From positions 1 through 39,010 of the forward strand of contig JAEOTC010000092.1 in NCBI GenBank assembly GCA_016840035.1: DNA of 39,010 nucleotides, given 5' to 3'. The notes below the pieces were generated by a model. It worked only from the letters and a program-made list of their open reading frames with translations, did no database searches and was not told the DNA's origin. The stretch comes from Candidatus Hodarchaeota archaeon. Lineage in GTDB: Archaea > Asgardarchaeota > Heimdallarchaeia > Hodarchaeales > Hodarchaeaceae. Positions 9,241 to 17,726 of this stretch are shown here, piece by piece. Both the position numbers and the translations under genes were made by a program. Positions within the stretch are counted from its first letter, which is position 1, and each line of letters starts with the position of its first letter.

Positions 9241-10116
9241 TCAACCCAGATCCTTGTCAAAATGAAATTCCTTTAAATTTTGGCTATTAATTAAGTTCGG
9301 AGGAATAGAAATCAGTTGATTATTCCTGATATCAAGATACCATAGTTTTTTCAAGGATTGAACACTTTCAGGAAGAAATGAAATCTGATTATTTTGCAAA
9401 TAGAGGATTTCAAGATCCTTCATATTCCCAATAGATTCCAATACAGTAAAAAGGGAATTATTGTTCAAATTCAAGCGAATAAGATTGGGTAATCCAGATT
9501 CCCACTGAGGAAACCTCTCTAGTTGGTTGTAACTCATATCTAATTTTTCAAGCTTCTCTAAAGCTCTAAATTGGGTTGGTAAAGAATGTATTTGATTTTC
9601 TCTCAAATCTAAGACTTCAAGGTTCTTTAGGTATCCAATATTTGGGGGGAGTGATTTGATTTTATTAAATCGTAGAAACAACCGCTTTAAATAATAAAGA
9701 CTGCAAATTTCAGGCGGTAAAGAGGTTAAATCTTCATCGGATAAATTTAAGCTAATAATATGTCCCCCTTCAACCTCAACACAAGTTTCAAAGAATTTAT
9801 TACGGTTTTCGTTATCCATTTTCGAAACTAACCGTATTAATATGCTTAACTCCTTTTCATCTAGAGTGGGAAATTTTTTGGTAATATAGTCAGAATTAGA
9901 GAATGGATCATTAACAACGTGAGTTTTCCTTGATCCTCTCGTAATAGGTTTTCCTCTCAGAAATAACAAGGGTAAAGCTATTAATAAATTGAGTATTCTT
10001 ATCAATGTTAACTGAATTATGGGTTTTCTCCATAGAATGATTCCAAGACCCAAACAGAATACTATGAATAAGTAGAGAATATACACATCATTTGCAAAGA
10101 GTGTTTGTTCAATCAA
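9241..10116 (-). CDS. Membrane-anchored leucine-rich repeat protein (7 x 23-aa LRR)
   Basis: N-terminal hydrophobic segments, cap CVEVEGGHIISLNLS, then LxLxxNxLxxLPxxIxxLxxL repeats; TTG start. Confidence 0.9.
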   Translation of the reverse strand: MIEQTLFANDVYILYLFIVFCLGLGIILWRKPIIQLTLIRILNLLIALPLLFLRGKPITRGSRKTHVVNDPFSNSDYITKKFPTLDEKELSILIRLVSKMDNENRNKFFETCVEVEGGHIISLNLSDEDLTSLPPEICSLYYLKRLFLRFNKIKSLPPNIGYLKNLEVLDLRENQIHSLPTQFRALEKLEKLDMSYNQLERFPQWESGLPNLIRLNLNNNSLFTVLESIGNMKDLEILYLQNNQISFLPESVQSLKKLWYLDIRNNQLISIPPNLINSQNLKEFHFDKDLG

Positions 10117-10142
10117 TTACATTATCCATCCTTTTATTTACT

Positions 10143-11297
10143 TCAATCCTCATAAGTAAATTCCTTTAAGTTTGGGAGAGAAGTAATTGATTTTGATAAG
10201 GAAATTATCTGATTACCCCTAATATCTAAGTATTGGAGCTTTGTTAAATTCTCTATACTCTCAGGAAGAAATGATAAATTGTTTTGACTCAAATCAAGAA
10301 CGATGAGATTCTTTAATAAACCAATTGAATTTAAAATTGTTGTCAATCGATTTTTACTTAGATCTAGATTCGTAAGAGAGGGCATTTCTTGTGTCCATGA
10401 AGGAAAAGATTCTAACTTATTGGCACTCAGATCTAGATTTTTTAAGTTGGAGAGGGTTCCAAGTGACTGATTGATAGATTCCAATTGATTTTCACCAAGG
10501 TCAAGTCGTTCAAGATCCTTTAAATACTGGATTTTTGATGGGAGAGTTGTAATTCTATTTGACCGTAGATTAAGTACTTTTAAAAAGCGAAAATCGGACA
10601 AATCACTAGGAAAAGACGTTAATTTCTTTTCAGAAAGATCTAGAATAACAATTCTTCCCTGCTCAGTTTCTACACACTCTTTACAGAAAGATTCATATTC
10701 TTTCATATTTAATTGAGTAACAAGTCGGGCTAACATTTCTCCCTCTTCAGTGGTTAACGAGGGAATAATTTTTCTAATGGTTTTAGATTTAATAACACCT
10801 TTACCTTCAATCGTTTTGTAACGGAATCCTTCTTGATATAATTCATCTTTTGAGAGAAATTTCGACTCGAATGCTAAAAACATAACTACTTTATATGCTG
10901 GATATGTTATAATTATTAGAAGTGACAAGAGAATATAAATAATAATGACAAATGGACCATCTTTTTTTAAATCATCTTTGAACTCCTGCGTTGTGAAAAT
11001 TGGCGCCCAAAAAGATGTGAATATTTCTTTATGGAAATAAGGTTTAAACATACAAAAAAAGTACAACACCCATCCTATTGTTCCAACTATTAGTCCAATG
11101 ATGATAATTACTGGAGTTCCTTCAAGAAATAGTTGGAGAATTCCCCCCCCAGCGATCATTCCAAAAAATAAAAAGACTAAGAGTATTAGATAGACTATGA
11201 ATATAATATAGGATATTAATCCAAGAAATTCAAGAGAAGTATACTTAGTATAATTCACCTTTTGATTCCTAACAATCATAACTTCGGATACTGACAT
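10143..11297 (-). CDS. Membrane-anchored leucine-rich repeat protein (about 3 TM + 7 x 23-aa LRR); paralog of the downstream gene
   Basis: Three hydrophobic segments, cap CVETEQGRIVILDLS, seven LRRs; GGAGG SD-like motif upstream of ATG. Confidence 0.9.
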   Translation of the reverse strand: MSVSEVMIVRNQKVNYTKYTSLEFLGLISYIIFIVYLILLVFLFFGMIAGGGILQLFLEGTPVIIIIGLIVGTIGWVLYFFCMFKPYFHKEIFTSFWAPIFTTQEFKDDLKKDGPFVIIIYILLSLLIIITYPAYKVVMFLAFESKFLSKDELYQEGFRYKTIEGKGVIKSKTIRKIIPSLTTEEGEMLARLVTQLNMKEYESFCKECVETEQGRIVILDLSEKKLTSFPSDLSDFRFLKVLNLRSNRITTLPSKIQYLKDLERLDLGENQLESINQSLGTLSNLKNLDLSANKLESFPSWTQEMPSLTNLDLSKNRLTTILNSIGLLKNLIVLDLSQNNLSFLPESIENLTKLQYLDIRGNQIISLSKSITSLPNLKEFTYED

Positions 11298-11337
11298 TAA
11301 GACTCCTCCATACTATTTTTTCATTACAAATGTATTG

Positions 11338-12960
11338 TTAACTTCCTGTACTACCGACGATCCAATTTCTGTGGCCACAATAGGGACAATCAGGAATATC
11401 TTTCTGTTCAACCTGTCTTAATTCCTCAAACTCAATTTCATGAACTCCTCTTAAACAACGAGAACAGAATTTTGATTCATGAATTCTAATCTTGGTACCA
11501 GAGAGCATAGAATAAGCACTAATCACTCCTCTAAGCATGGAGCTTTGGGACTTGTGAAGGACTTGTGATGCTTTTTCTGTTTGAGTAACCAGCACTCCAA
11601 GCGAAAAGAAAAAGCCCATGATTATTAGAAGCTCAATATTGATGAAATTATTGGACTGATCGATTTCCATTAAGTAGATGTATCCAAAAGCTGCAAATAA
11701 TCCTAAAAAGTGTAAATTTTTCCATAAGGTTTTACTTAATCTTTCAATTGACCCAAGAAGGCCGAAAACGGTTGTATGAAAAAATTTTCCTAAGCTTTTA
11801 CGAGCAATTCTGAGAAAATCACGGAATCGGGACCTGAAGTTACGAATTCCACTACCAATCGACCTAAAGAATCCTATAACTAAATTTTTCCCAAATCCGA
11901 GTAATGTCTTTAAAGCTTCACGGTACTGGTAATTTCTAGCATACTCAATGAACATAATACCAAGATCTATGAGTTTTGTATCATAATCTGTCCATCTTAA
12001 GGATACACCGATGATCACGAGAACTATTCCGACTCCATCAATCAGAACTGTTGTGAATAAATCAATTTGCTCAAGAAATACATAAACTAGCAATGGCCCG
12101 AAGATTAGAACTACTCCTATGTAAGAGATTATTGCACCCAGAGCACTCCAATCTGAGTATTGTCTCCATCGTAAAACATCCAAGATGAACCCAAATAAGA
12201 GAAATAAAAATGCTAAGACAATTAACCCGATAGCAGCTCTTTCTGCTGCAATTTTAAGTACAATAGAAACAAGTACTAAAATGAAGAAACCTAGACCAAT
12301 TAACGTCAGTCGGGAAAATGATATAATATCCGACCATTCTAGATGCATCTCTCTAATAGATCTTCGTGATGTCTTTTCAAATTGTAACTCTGCTGGTTCT
12401 TGTATTTGGGGTTTAGGAACAGAAAGACTATAAGTTTTCGCAATTAATGGTGTTTTCTCTTGGATTACTCCACTGGGTTTAGATTTAGATTCAATTGGAT
12501 GGGATGGAACTGAGGAACCACAATTGTTACAAAATTTCATTGAACTTGAGGCAAGTTTGTTACCACAATTATTACAATGCGATTCTGCAATACCTTTGCT
12601 CTCAATTCTTCCGATTTCCTTTTCTTCAAATGGTGGTTGCATCCCCCTCGATTCTGCGATTTTATCATGTAATGTTATCGTTTGTTCCGGCTTTTCCTGT
12701 TCTTCAACTTTTGCTTTCGACGTTATTTCAGAAGAATACTCTAAATCTCTGTCGCCTATCTCTTCCCCTGTTTTCTTCTCTAAGAAATTTTTGTATCTCT
12801 CCAAAATTGCAGCAAATACTGCGTCTGTGATTTCAGATTTCTCATATTGATCTTTTTGTCGAATAAACCAAGTTTGCCACTCATTCACTTCTTTATCTGT
12901 CTTAGCTAGCTCGGATCCGATATTTATGAGAGCTTCTTGTAATTTTTGGCTCTTTTTCAT
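11338..12960 (-). CDS. Membrane protein with N-terminal helical/SHOCT-like segment, internal zinc ribbon, ~6 TM, amphipathic helices and C-terminal zinc ribbon
   Basis: CNNCG...CNNCG and CSRC...CPYCG Cys pairs; hydrophobic block from ~aa 215; start overlaps the upstream stop (TAATG at 12958-12962). Confidence 0.8.
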   Translation of the reverse strand: MKKSQKLQEALINIGSELAKTDKEVNEWQTWFIRQKDQYEKSEITDAVFAAILERYKNFLEKKTGEEIGDRDLEYSSEITSKAKVEEQEKPEQTITLHDKIAESRGMQPPFEEKEIGRIESKGIAESHCNNCGNKLASSSMKFCNNCGSSVPSHPIESKSKPSGVIQEKTPLIAKTYSLSVPKPQIQEPAELQFEKTSRRSIREMHLEWSDIISFSRLTLIGLGFFILVLVSIVLKIAAERAAIGLIVLAFLFLLFGFILDVLRWRQYSDWSALGAIISYIGVVLIFGPLLVYVFLEQIDLFTTVLIDGVGIVLVIIGVSLRWTDYDTKLIDLGIMFIEYARNYQYREALKTLLGFGKNLVIGFFRSIGSGIRNFRSRFRDFLRIARKSLGKFFHTTVFGLLGSIERLSKTLWKNLHFLGLFAAFGYIYLMEIDQSNNFINIELLIIMGFFFSLGVLVTQTEKASQVLHKSQSSMLRGVISAYSMLSGTKIRIHESKFCSRCLRGVHEIEFEELRQVEQKDIPDCPYCGHRNWIVGSTGS

Positions 12961-15900
12961 TATTTACCACCTTTCTGAATTCTATCTCCTTCCTCAGTTG
13001 ATGAATCACCGAATCTTTTCTGTAGGTTTGATATTTTTAATGAATCGCGGGAGAAGTATGTAATGAAAGGAATAACTACTCCTACAATTATAAAAATGAG
13101 GCCTAAAAGTAAAAGGACAATTACTGGATCATTAGCGAAAATACCAATTAGATTCTCAACCTCTCGGACAGGAATCCCTTGAAGAATTGATGCAAATAAC
13201 CATAAAATGTCCCCTATCAGCGGAATTGGGTAGATAACAGTCTTTGTCCATGCCCCCTTATCATCAAGAAGGCCTGAAACCACTAGAATGACTCCATACC
13301 CAAAAGCTGTAACTCCTAGGGTTACAATAGCAATGTAAATTATTGAATCAAGAATTGCTCCAAATAAATTTAATAATTGCTCTGCAATTCGAGAACTAAA
13401 TGATATTATCGCCCCAATGGCTTTAAGAATTGCTTGAATGGTCAAATCTACCATCTTTCGAATTTCTTCACTCCAAGCTGCTATAAGGAAGATACTTCCA
13501 AATATGAGACAGGGAAGATAGATCCAAATTTCACCATTACTTAGGAGTACAGCTAGACCGATCAGTTCTAGAATAACACCGGTGATCGTTACGGCCATTT
13601 TACGGATGGTATATCGTAAACTCCAAATATAATGGAAATAATTTATTATTCCCTCTTTTATAGCTCCCACAACTTCCCTGATGAAATTCCCAAATGAAAT
13701 GAATGTGCTTCCAATTGCTTTAACTGTTTGGTTGATAAAACTATGCACTTGGGGGTACCATACCAAGTAGAGAAGTAAAAATCCAAGAATTAAGAAGAAA
13801 TTCAGACCTAGGATGACTATTGGGTTAACAGAATAAACAGAGGTTACTATAAGTATAATTCCAGTGACGGTCATAACTGCTCTAAATATAGCTTCTCGAA
13901 TTTTCCAAACATAGACGAAGAAATCGTAAATTGCTCGCTTAATGGCACTCCCAGTATCCCAAAGAAATCTAAGAAATGAAATAAAGGCATCTCTTATTGC
14001 CAAGATGGTCTGGATTATTAACTGATTGATTTCTTTTCTCCAAGCTGCATAAATCAATCCTATTCCTAATAGGGAAAGCAAAACCTGTCCAGCTAGTCCA
14101 AGAGTGGGAGTGAATATTCCATAAAAGATTGAAATCGGTCCTGCAATAGACATCCCCGCGCGTAGGATGGATAATCGATACAACCACAAATACTTTCCAA
14201 AAGCAATCACACTGGCTTTGATCGAATTTCCGATATCAATAAAGAAGCGAACGAATGCTTTCAATCCATCTATAATGGTGGAAACAAGTTTTACAACGAA
14301 ATCATTGATCGGAGTTCTCCAGGGAATGTAAAAGATAACTATTCCAGCGCCAAAGAAACCTCCACGGAGAATTATATCTAAGGAGGGATAAAATAATCCA
14401 AAAAATATGAAAACAGGCCCTGCAATTGTCATTCCAGCCCGTAAAATCGCGATTCGGATTAACCAGAGATAATGTCCAAAAGCGATAACATTGTCTTTGA
14501 TTGCTTTTCCGAGATCCTGTAGGTAACGAAGGAACGATTTCAGCTCCTTGTTAATAGAGGAAGCAAGGCTCACAAAGAAAGCATTAATTGGGATTCTCCA
14601 GGCAAGATAAAAGATGATAATTCCGCACCCGAATACAAGAGGTTGAATCCAAGGTCCTAATGAAGGAGAAATTACCGCAAATGTTGAGGCTAGAATTCCT
14701 ACAACTGTCATAATTCCCCTGACTATATTTTCACGAATTGACCAGATATAGCTAAGGGTATCAACAAAAGCTTGTTTTATCGCTCTTCCTGTATTCCATA
14801 TAAAATGTCCAAATTGAATAAAACTATTATTGATCAGAGATATCCAAGCAAGGTAAATCAATCCAATTCCAAAAATGATTAGGAAATAGCGAAATTCTAG
14901 CTCTAGAAAACTTGAAATTGATGATAATGAAAAAATAATAAGACTCCAACCTGAAAGTGTTAGAATCCCTCTAGCAATCGCAATACGAATGCTCCACAAA
15001 TATCTAACCATAGAAATAAATGATTGAATTGTACTATTCACAAAATTATTTATTTCCTTGAAGAATACACGATAGACAACTAATAATCCTACCCCTGCAT
15101 GAAGTGTCCGAAAAGCCACATTCATATCATTTAATGAATGTAATGCTGTTTCAGGATAGAAAATGCCAAGTAGAACTAGTACAACACCTAATAGAAATCC
15201 CAGTAAGAAAATTCGACGCAGTAATTGGTCACTAAATCTCTGATAATCAGTGGGGACTCTGAAAAGATACAGATCCAAGTAAAGAATTGTAAGAGAAAGA
15301 GTTCCAAAAAGAATTGAAACAAATAAGACTTCTAGACTATAATCATGACCTTGTATCAGGAGGGAGTCGAGAGCAGAAAGCATCATATAGAGTAGTAAAA
15401 ACTCGCAGAAGATTAATTCAAAGGTTCTAATAATATGGGCTTTATTATCCCAGAGTAATGTTGAAATTTCTTTGTACCAAGTAACCAAAAGTAGAGCGGA
15501 ACCAATTCCCACAGCCCAGAATCCGTTTATACCACGAGGCCAGTAAAATATTACCAACACACCAAGATTTACGAAAAAAAACCCTAATCCTGTTACAGAA
15601 TATTTGATTATTTTCCAAAAATTAAATCTCACAATATATATCAGTATTTGATCTAGTTGCGTTACCTCTAAGAAAAAGCCCAATGTAGTTAAAAGAAGAC
15701 CGATTAATAACAGAGAGTTTAGAATGGAAGAGAAATTTATTATTATAGGAAAGACTTCCTCTAATACTAGATCACAACTACAGGGTACTGCAGTGAGGAA
15801 TAACCCTGAGAATCCAATCAAACCTCCAATATTAGTCAGTTTGTTTCTTTTAACATTTATATAACGTAATTGTAAGAATCCTATAACTAAACCTAATAAA

Positions 15901-16100
15901 AATATTCCTAAAAGGATTAAAATGACTCCAAGTGTTAGCTCATCATATATCTCTAGTAAAGTGTTCTCGAGTATTTTTAAAACAAAAAGCAAAAGGATAC
16001 CGATGGAAGCTACTCGAACCAATATCCTAATTTGCGATTCCCAATCTCTCACGTCAGGTGGAGAAAATTCATCAACGGAGCTAGATTTAGATTTAATCAT
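12960..16100 (-). CDS. Large polytopic membrane protein built from ~93-aa TM-hairpin + amphipathic-helix repeats
   Basis: 1046-aa ORF; recurring Y[LIV]WxxRxxIxRxxxTxxG...Yx[AP]WxxxIN units. Confidence 0.8.
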   Translation of the reverse strand: MIKSKSSSVDEFSPPDVRDWESQIRILVRVASIGILLLFVLKILENTLLEIYDELTLGVILILLGIFLLGLVIGFLQLRYINVKRNKLTNIGGLIGFSGLFLTAVPCSCDLVLEEVFPIIINFSSILNSLLLIGLLLTTLGFFLEVTQLDQILIYIVRFNFWKIIKYSVTGLGFFFVNLGVLVIFYWPRGINGFWAVGIGSALLLVTWYKEISTLLWDNKAHIIRTFELIFCEFLLLYMMLSALDSLLIQGHDYSLEVLFVSILFGTLSLTILYLDLYLFRVPTDYQRFSDQLLRRIFLLGFLLGVVLVLLGIFYPETALHSLNDMNVAFRTLHAGVGLLVVYRVFFKEINNFVNSTIQSFISMVRYLWSIRIAIARGILTLSGWSLIIFSLSSISSFLELEFRYFLIIFGIGLIYLAWISLINNSFIQFGHFIWNTGRAIKQAFVDTLSYIWSIRENIVRGIMTVVGILASTFAVISPSLGPWIQPLVFGCGIIIFYLAWRIPINAFFVSLASSINKELKSFLRYLQDLGKAIKDNVIAFGHYLWLIRIAILRAGMTIAGPVFIFFGLFYPSLDIILRGGFFGAGIVIFYIPWRTPINDFVVKLVSTIIDGLKAFVRFFIDIGNSIKASVIAFGKYLWLYRLSILRAGMSIAGPISIFYGIFTPTLGLAGQVLLSLLGIGLIYAAWRKEINQLIIQTILAIRDAFISFLRFLWDTGSAIKRAIYDFFVYVWKIREAIFRAVMTVTGIILIVTSVYSVNPIVILGLNFFLILGFLLLYLVWYPQVHSFINQTVKAIGSTFISFGNFIREVVGAIKEGIINYFHYIWSLRYTIRKMAVTITGVILELIGLAVLLSNGEIWIYLPCLIFGSIFLIAAWSEEIRKMVDLTIQAILKAIGAIISFSSRIAEQLLNLFGAILDSIIYIAIVTLGVTAFGYGVILVVSGLLDDKGAWTKTVIYPIPLIGDILWLFASILQGIPVREVENLIGIFANDPVIVLLLLGLIFIIVGVVIPFITYFSRDSLKISNLQKRFGDSSTEEGDRIQKGGK
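13350..15002 (-). repeat. Six protein-level tandem repeats (spacings 84, 93, 93, 93, 94 aa)
   Basis: Unit starts YLWSIR (aa 367), YIWSIR (451), YLWLIR (544), YLWLYR (637), YVWKIR (730), YIWSLR (824); diverged at DNA level. Confidence 0.85.
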
Positions 16101-16362
16101 CTTGTGATTCGACTCCCTTAATCAATTTTTGTCTATTTACAAAATCGCTGAACTTCTTAGCAAGATAGAATTCAGGAATAATGCCAATAATGGAAAATAT
16201 GATTAAAATTGAAACATCCTCAACATTATATTCATCAATTCCATGAGAATTATTCGTTTCACTACTCACATAAGGTGTATTACTCAAAATAATTACACAG
16301 ATGCCAATAATAATTATAAGACGTTTTTTCAGACCTAAATGAGCTCCATTGTATTGCTTCAT
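16093..16362 (-). CDS. Small membrane protein (signal-peptide-like N-terminus plus one C-terminal TM); first gene of the membrane operon
   Basis: KKRLIIIIGICVIILSNTPYVSS, acidic spacer, VSILIIFSIIGIIPEFYL; stop overlaps the next start by 8 nt; GGTGA upstream of ATG. Confidence 0.65.
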   Translation of the reverse strand: MKQYNGAHLGLKKRLIIIIGICVIILSNTPYVSSETNNSHGIDEYNVEDVSILIIFSIIGIIPEFYLAKKFSDFVNRQKLIKGVESQDD

Positions 16363-16562
16363 GAAATTTCACCGAATAAATGTAATCCGCAAATTAAGGC
16401 ATATAAGGCCTAATTAAGTTTTCTTAGAACGATTACTTTGTGTGACAAACAATGAGAAATTCACATCTCAATAATTATAAGAGGAAAGGTTAGTTCGAGA
16501 ACGTGAAATAATTTGTAGTATTTCATTAATTTGGGAATAATCAATCTGGAAATTGGATCTCT

Positions 16563-16856
16563 ATGAACGATTCTGTCAATATACATCTATATGGACCAGT
16601 GAAATTTCAATTTAGCCCTAAAGCAAAATTATCAGAAGAAACGATCATAGAAATACCTTTTGTGTTCAATGAAACGGTTGAACATCTATTACAACGATTA
16701 AATTTATCAGATTCGGATTATGGGGAGTGCTTCATTAACCATTCCATTGTAAAAAATGTTTCTGATCTTATTCCTAGAAATGCTAGAGTAGCAATATTTT
16801 CCCATGGAATGCTCTTAATTGATGGTGGTCTTTACATCAAAAAATGGAAGCATTAA
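16563..16856 (+). CDS. MoaD/ThiS-fold (beta-grasp) protein with internal GG and C-terminal extension
   Basis: VNIHLYG...ETVEHLLQRLNL...CFINH...ARVAIF matches the MoaD pattern; ends SHGMLLIDGG-LYIKKWKH. Confidence 0.75.
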   Translation: MNDSVNIHLYGPVKFQFSPKAKLSEETIIEIPFVFNETVEHLLQRLNLSDSDYGECFINHSIVKNVSDLIPRNARVAIFSHGMLLIDGGLYIKKWKH

Positions 16857-16890
16857 TCAAAGGACGCGAAAAATAGAGGATTGAATTATC

Positions 16891-17232
16891 ATGATTGATG
16901 TCCATATCTATGGATTAATAAAAAAGAAGTTCGATCCAAATGCCTCCCTTGGGGACAATATGATTATTAAGTTAAACCATCATGATGGTTTACTCCTTCA
17001 AGACGTGTTCAAGGAACTTGATCTCTCCCAGGAGGATTGTGGTGATTGTTTCGTTAATGGGAAGGTAATTAAGCGAGATGAAAACCCCGAAATCAAGGAT
17101 AATTCTCGCGTAGCCATTTTTTCAGAAGGAATGTATCTTCTGTGTGGGGGGCAGCACTTGAAAGGACATGGATTCATTACTCGTTCTGCTCCTAAAGATT
17201 ACGACTACTTTCACTTGTCATCAGGTGAGTAA
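16891..17232 (+). CDS. MoaD/ThiS-fold protein with internal CGG and long His/aromatic-rich extension; paralog of the previous gene
   Basis: IDVHIYG...LQDVFKELDL...CFVNGK...IKDNSRVAIF; ends SEGMYLLCGG-QHLKGHGFITRSAPKDYDYFHLSSGE. Confidence 0.78.
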   Translation: MIDVHIYGLIKKKFDPNASLGDNMIIKLNHHDGLLLQDVFKELDLSQEDCGDCFVNGKVIKRDENPEIKDNSRVAIFSEGMYLLCGGQHLKGHGFITRSAPKDYDYFHLSSGE

Positions 17233-17481
17233 TTGACCAATATTAAAGTAAAACTATTTGCTACTTTAAGAGATCGGGGACCAGAGGGAATAGCTATTGG
17301 TGAGTCATTTTCTTTGACATTAGAACCAGAAACAAATTTTCATCAGTTATTGCAACAATTAAAAATTACTAGGGATGAAGCGAAGATCATTATGAGAAAT
17401 CATATTACCATCAAATCCCTAGATGAACTCTTGCAGGAAAATGACGAAATTGCAATATTTCCTCCCATAGGAGGAGGTTGA
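17233..17481 (+). CDS. moaD: Canonical MoaD/SAMP-type sulfur carrier protein
   Basis: IKVKLFATLR...LQENDEIAIFPPIGGG-stop; TTG start directly after the previous stop with AGGTGA SD; adjacent to AOR. Confidence 0.88.
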   Translation: MTNIKVKLFATLRDRGPEGIAIGESFSLTLEPETNFHQLLQQLKITRDEAKIIMRNHITIKSLDELLQENDEIAIFPPIGGG

Positions 17482-17607
17482 TTTAGACTTAATTCGAATA
17501 TCACTATAATTCCATGTTTCATTTTATCGATACTCTCCTGAATATGATTTAATTTGTACAAGTTCCATATAGACTCCATATTGTAACTCTTTTTTCCTCC
17601 AAAGATC

Positions 17608-17619
17608 GAAAGGTTTAAA
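17608..17619 (+). promoter_or_regulatory. Probable BRE/TATA promoter of aor
   Basis: GAAAGG-TTTAAA (purine-rich BRE followed by TATA box) about 110 nt upstream of the likely ATG. Confidence 0.5.
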
Positions 17620-17726
17620 CTCCTCGACAGTTCTAACCTCGAACAACTTCCAAAGAGCCTCTTGAGGTAGAATTGGAAAACACTCATTTCAAGGTAATTT
17701 TCTAAAAATATCAATCGGTGGTAATA

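Noticed and set aside
12960-16100. Phage tape-measure protein / provirus, suggested by W/F-periodic amphipathic helices
   Set aside because: Repeats are interrupted by regular TM hairpins, and no capsid, terminase, portal or integrase gene is present.
16563-17232. Frameshift or readthrough as the cause of the Ubl C-terminal tails
   Set aside because: Both paralogs independently show the same SxGMxLxxGG extension in frame, with clean stops and no slippery site.
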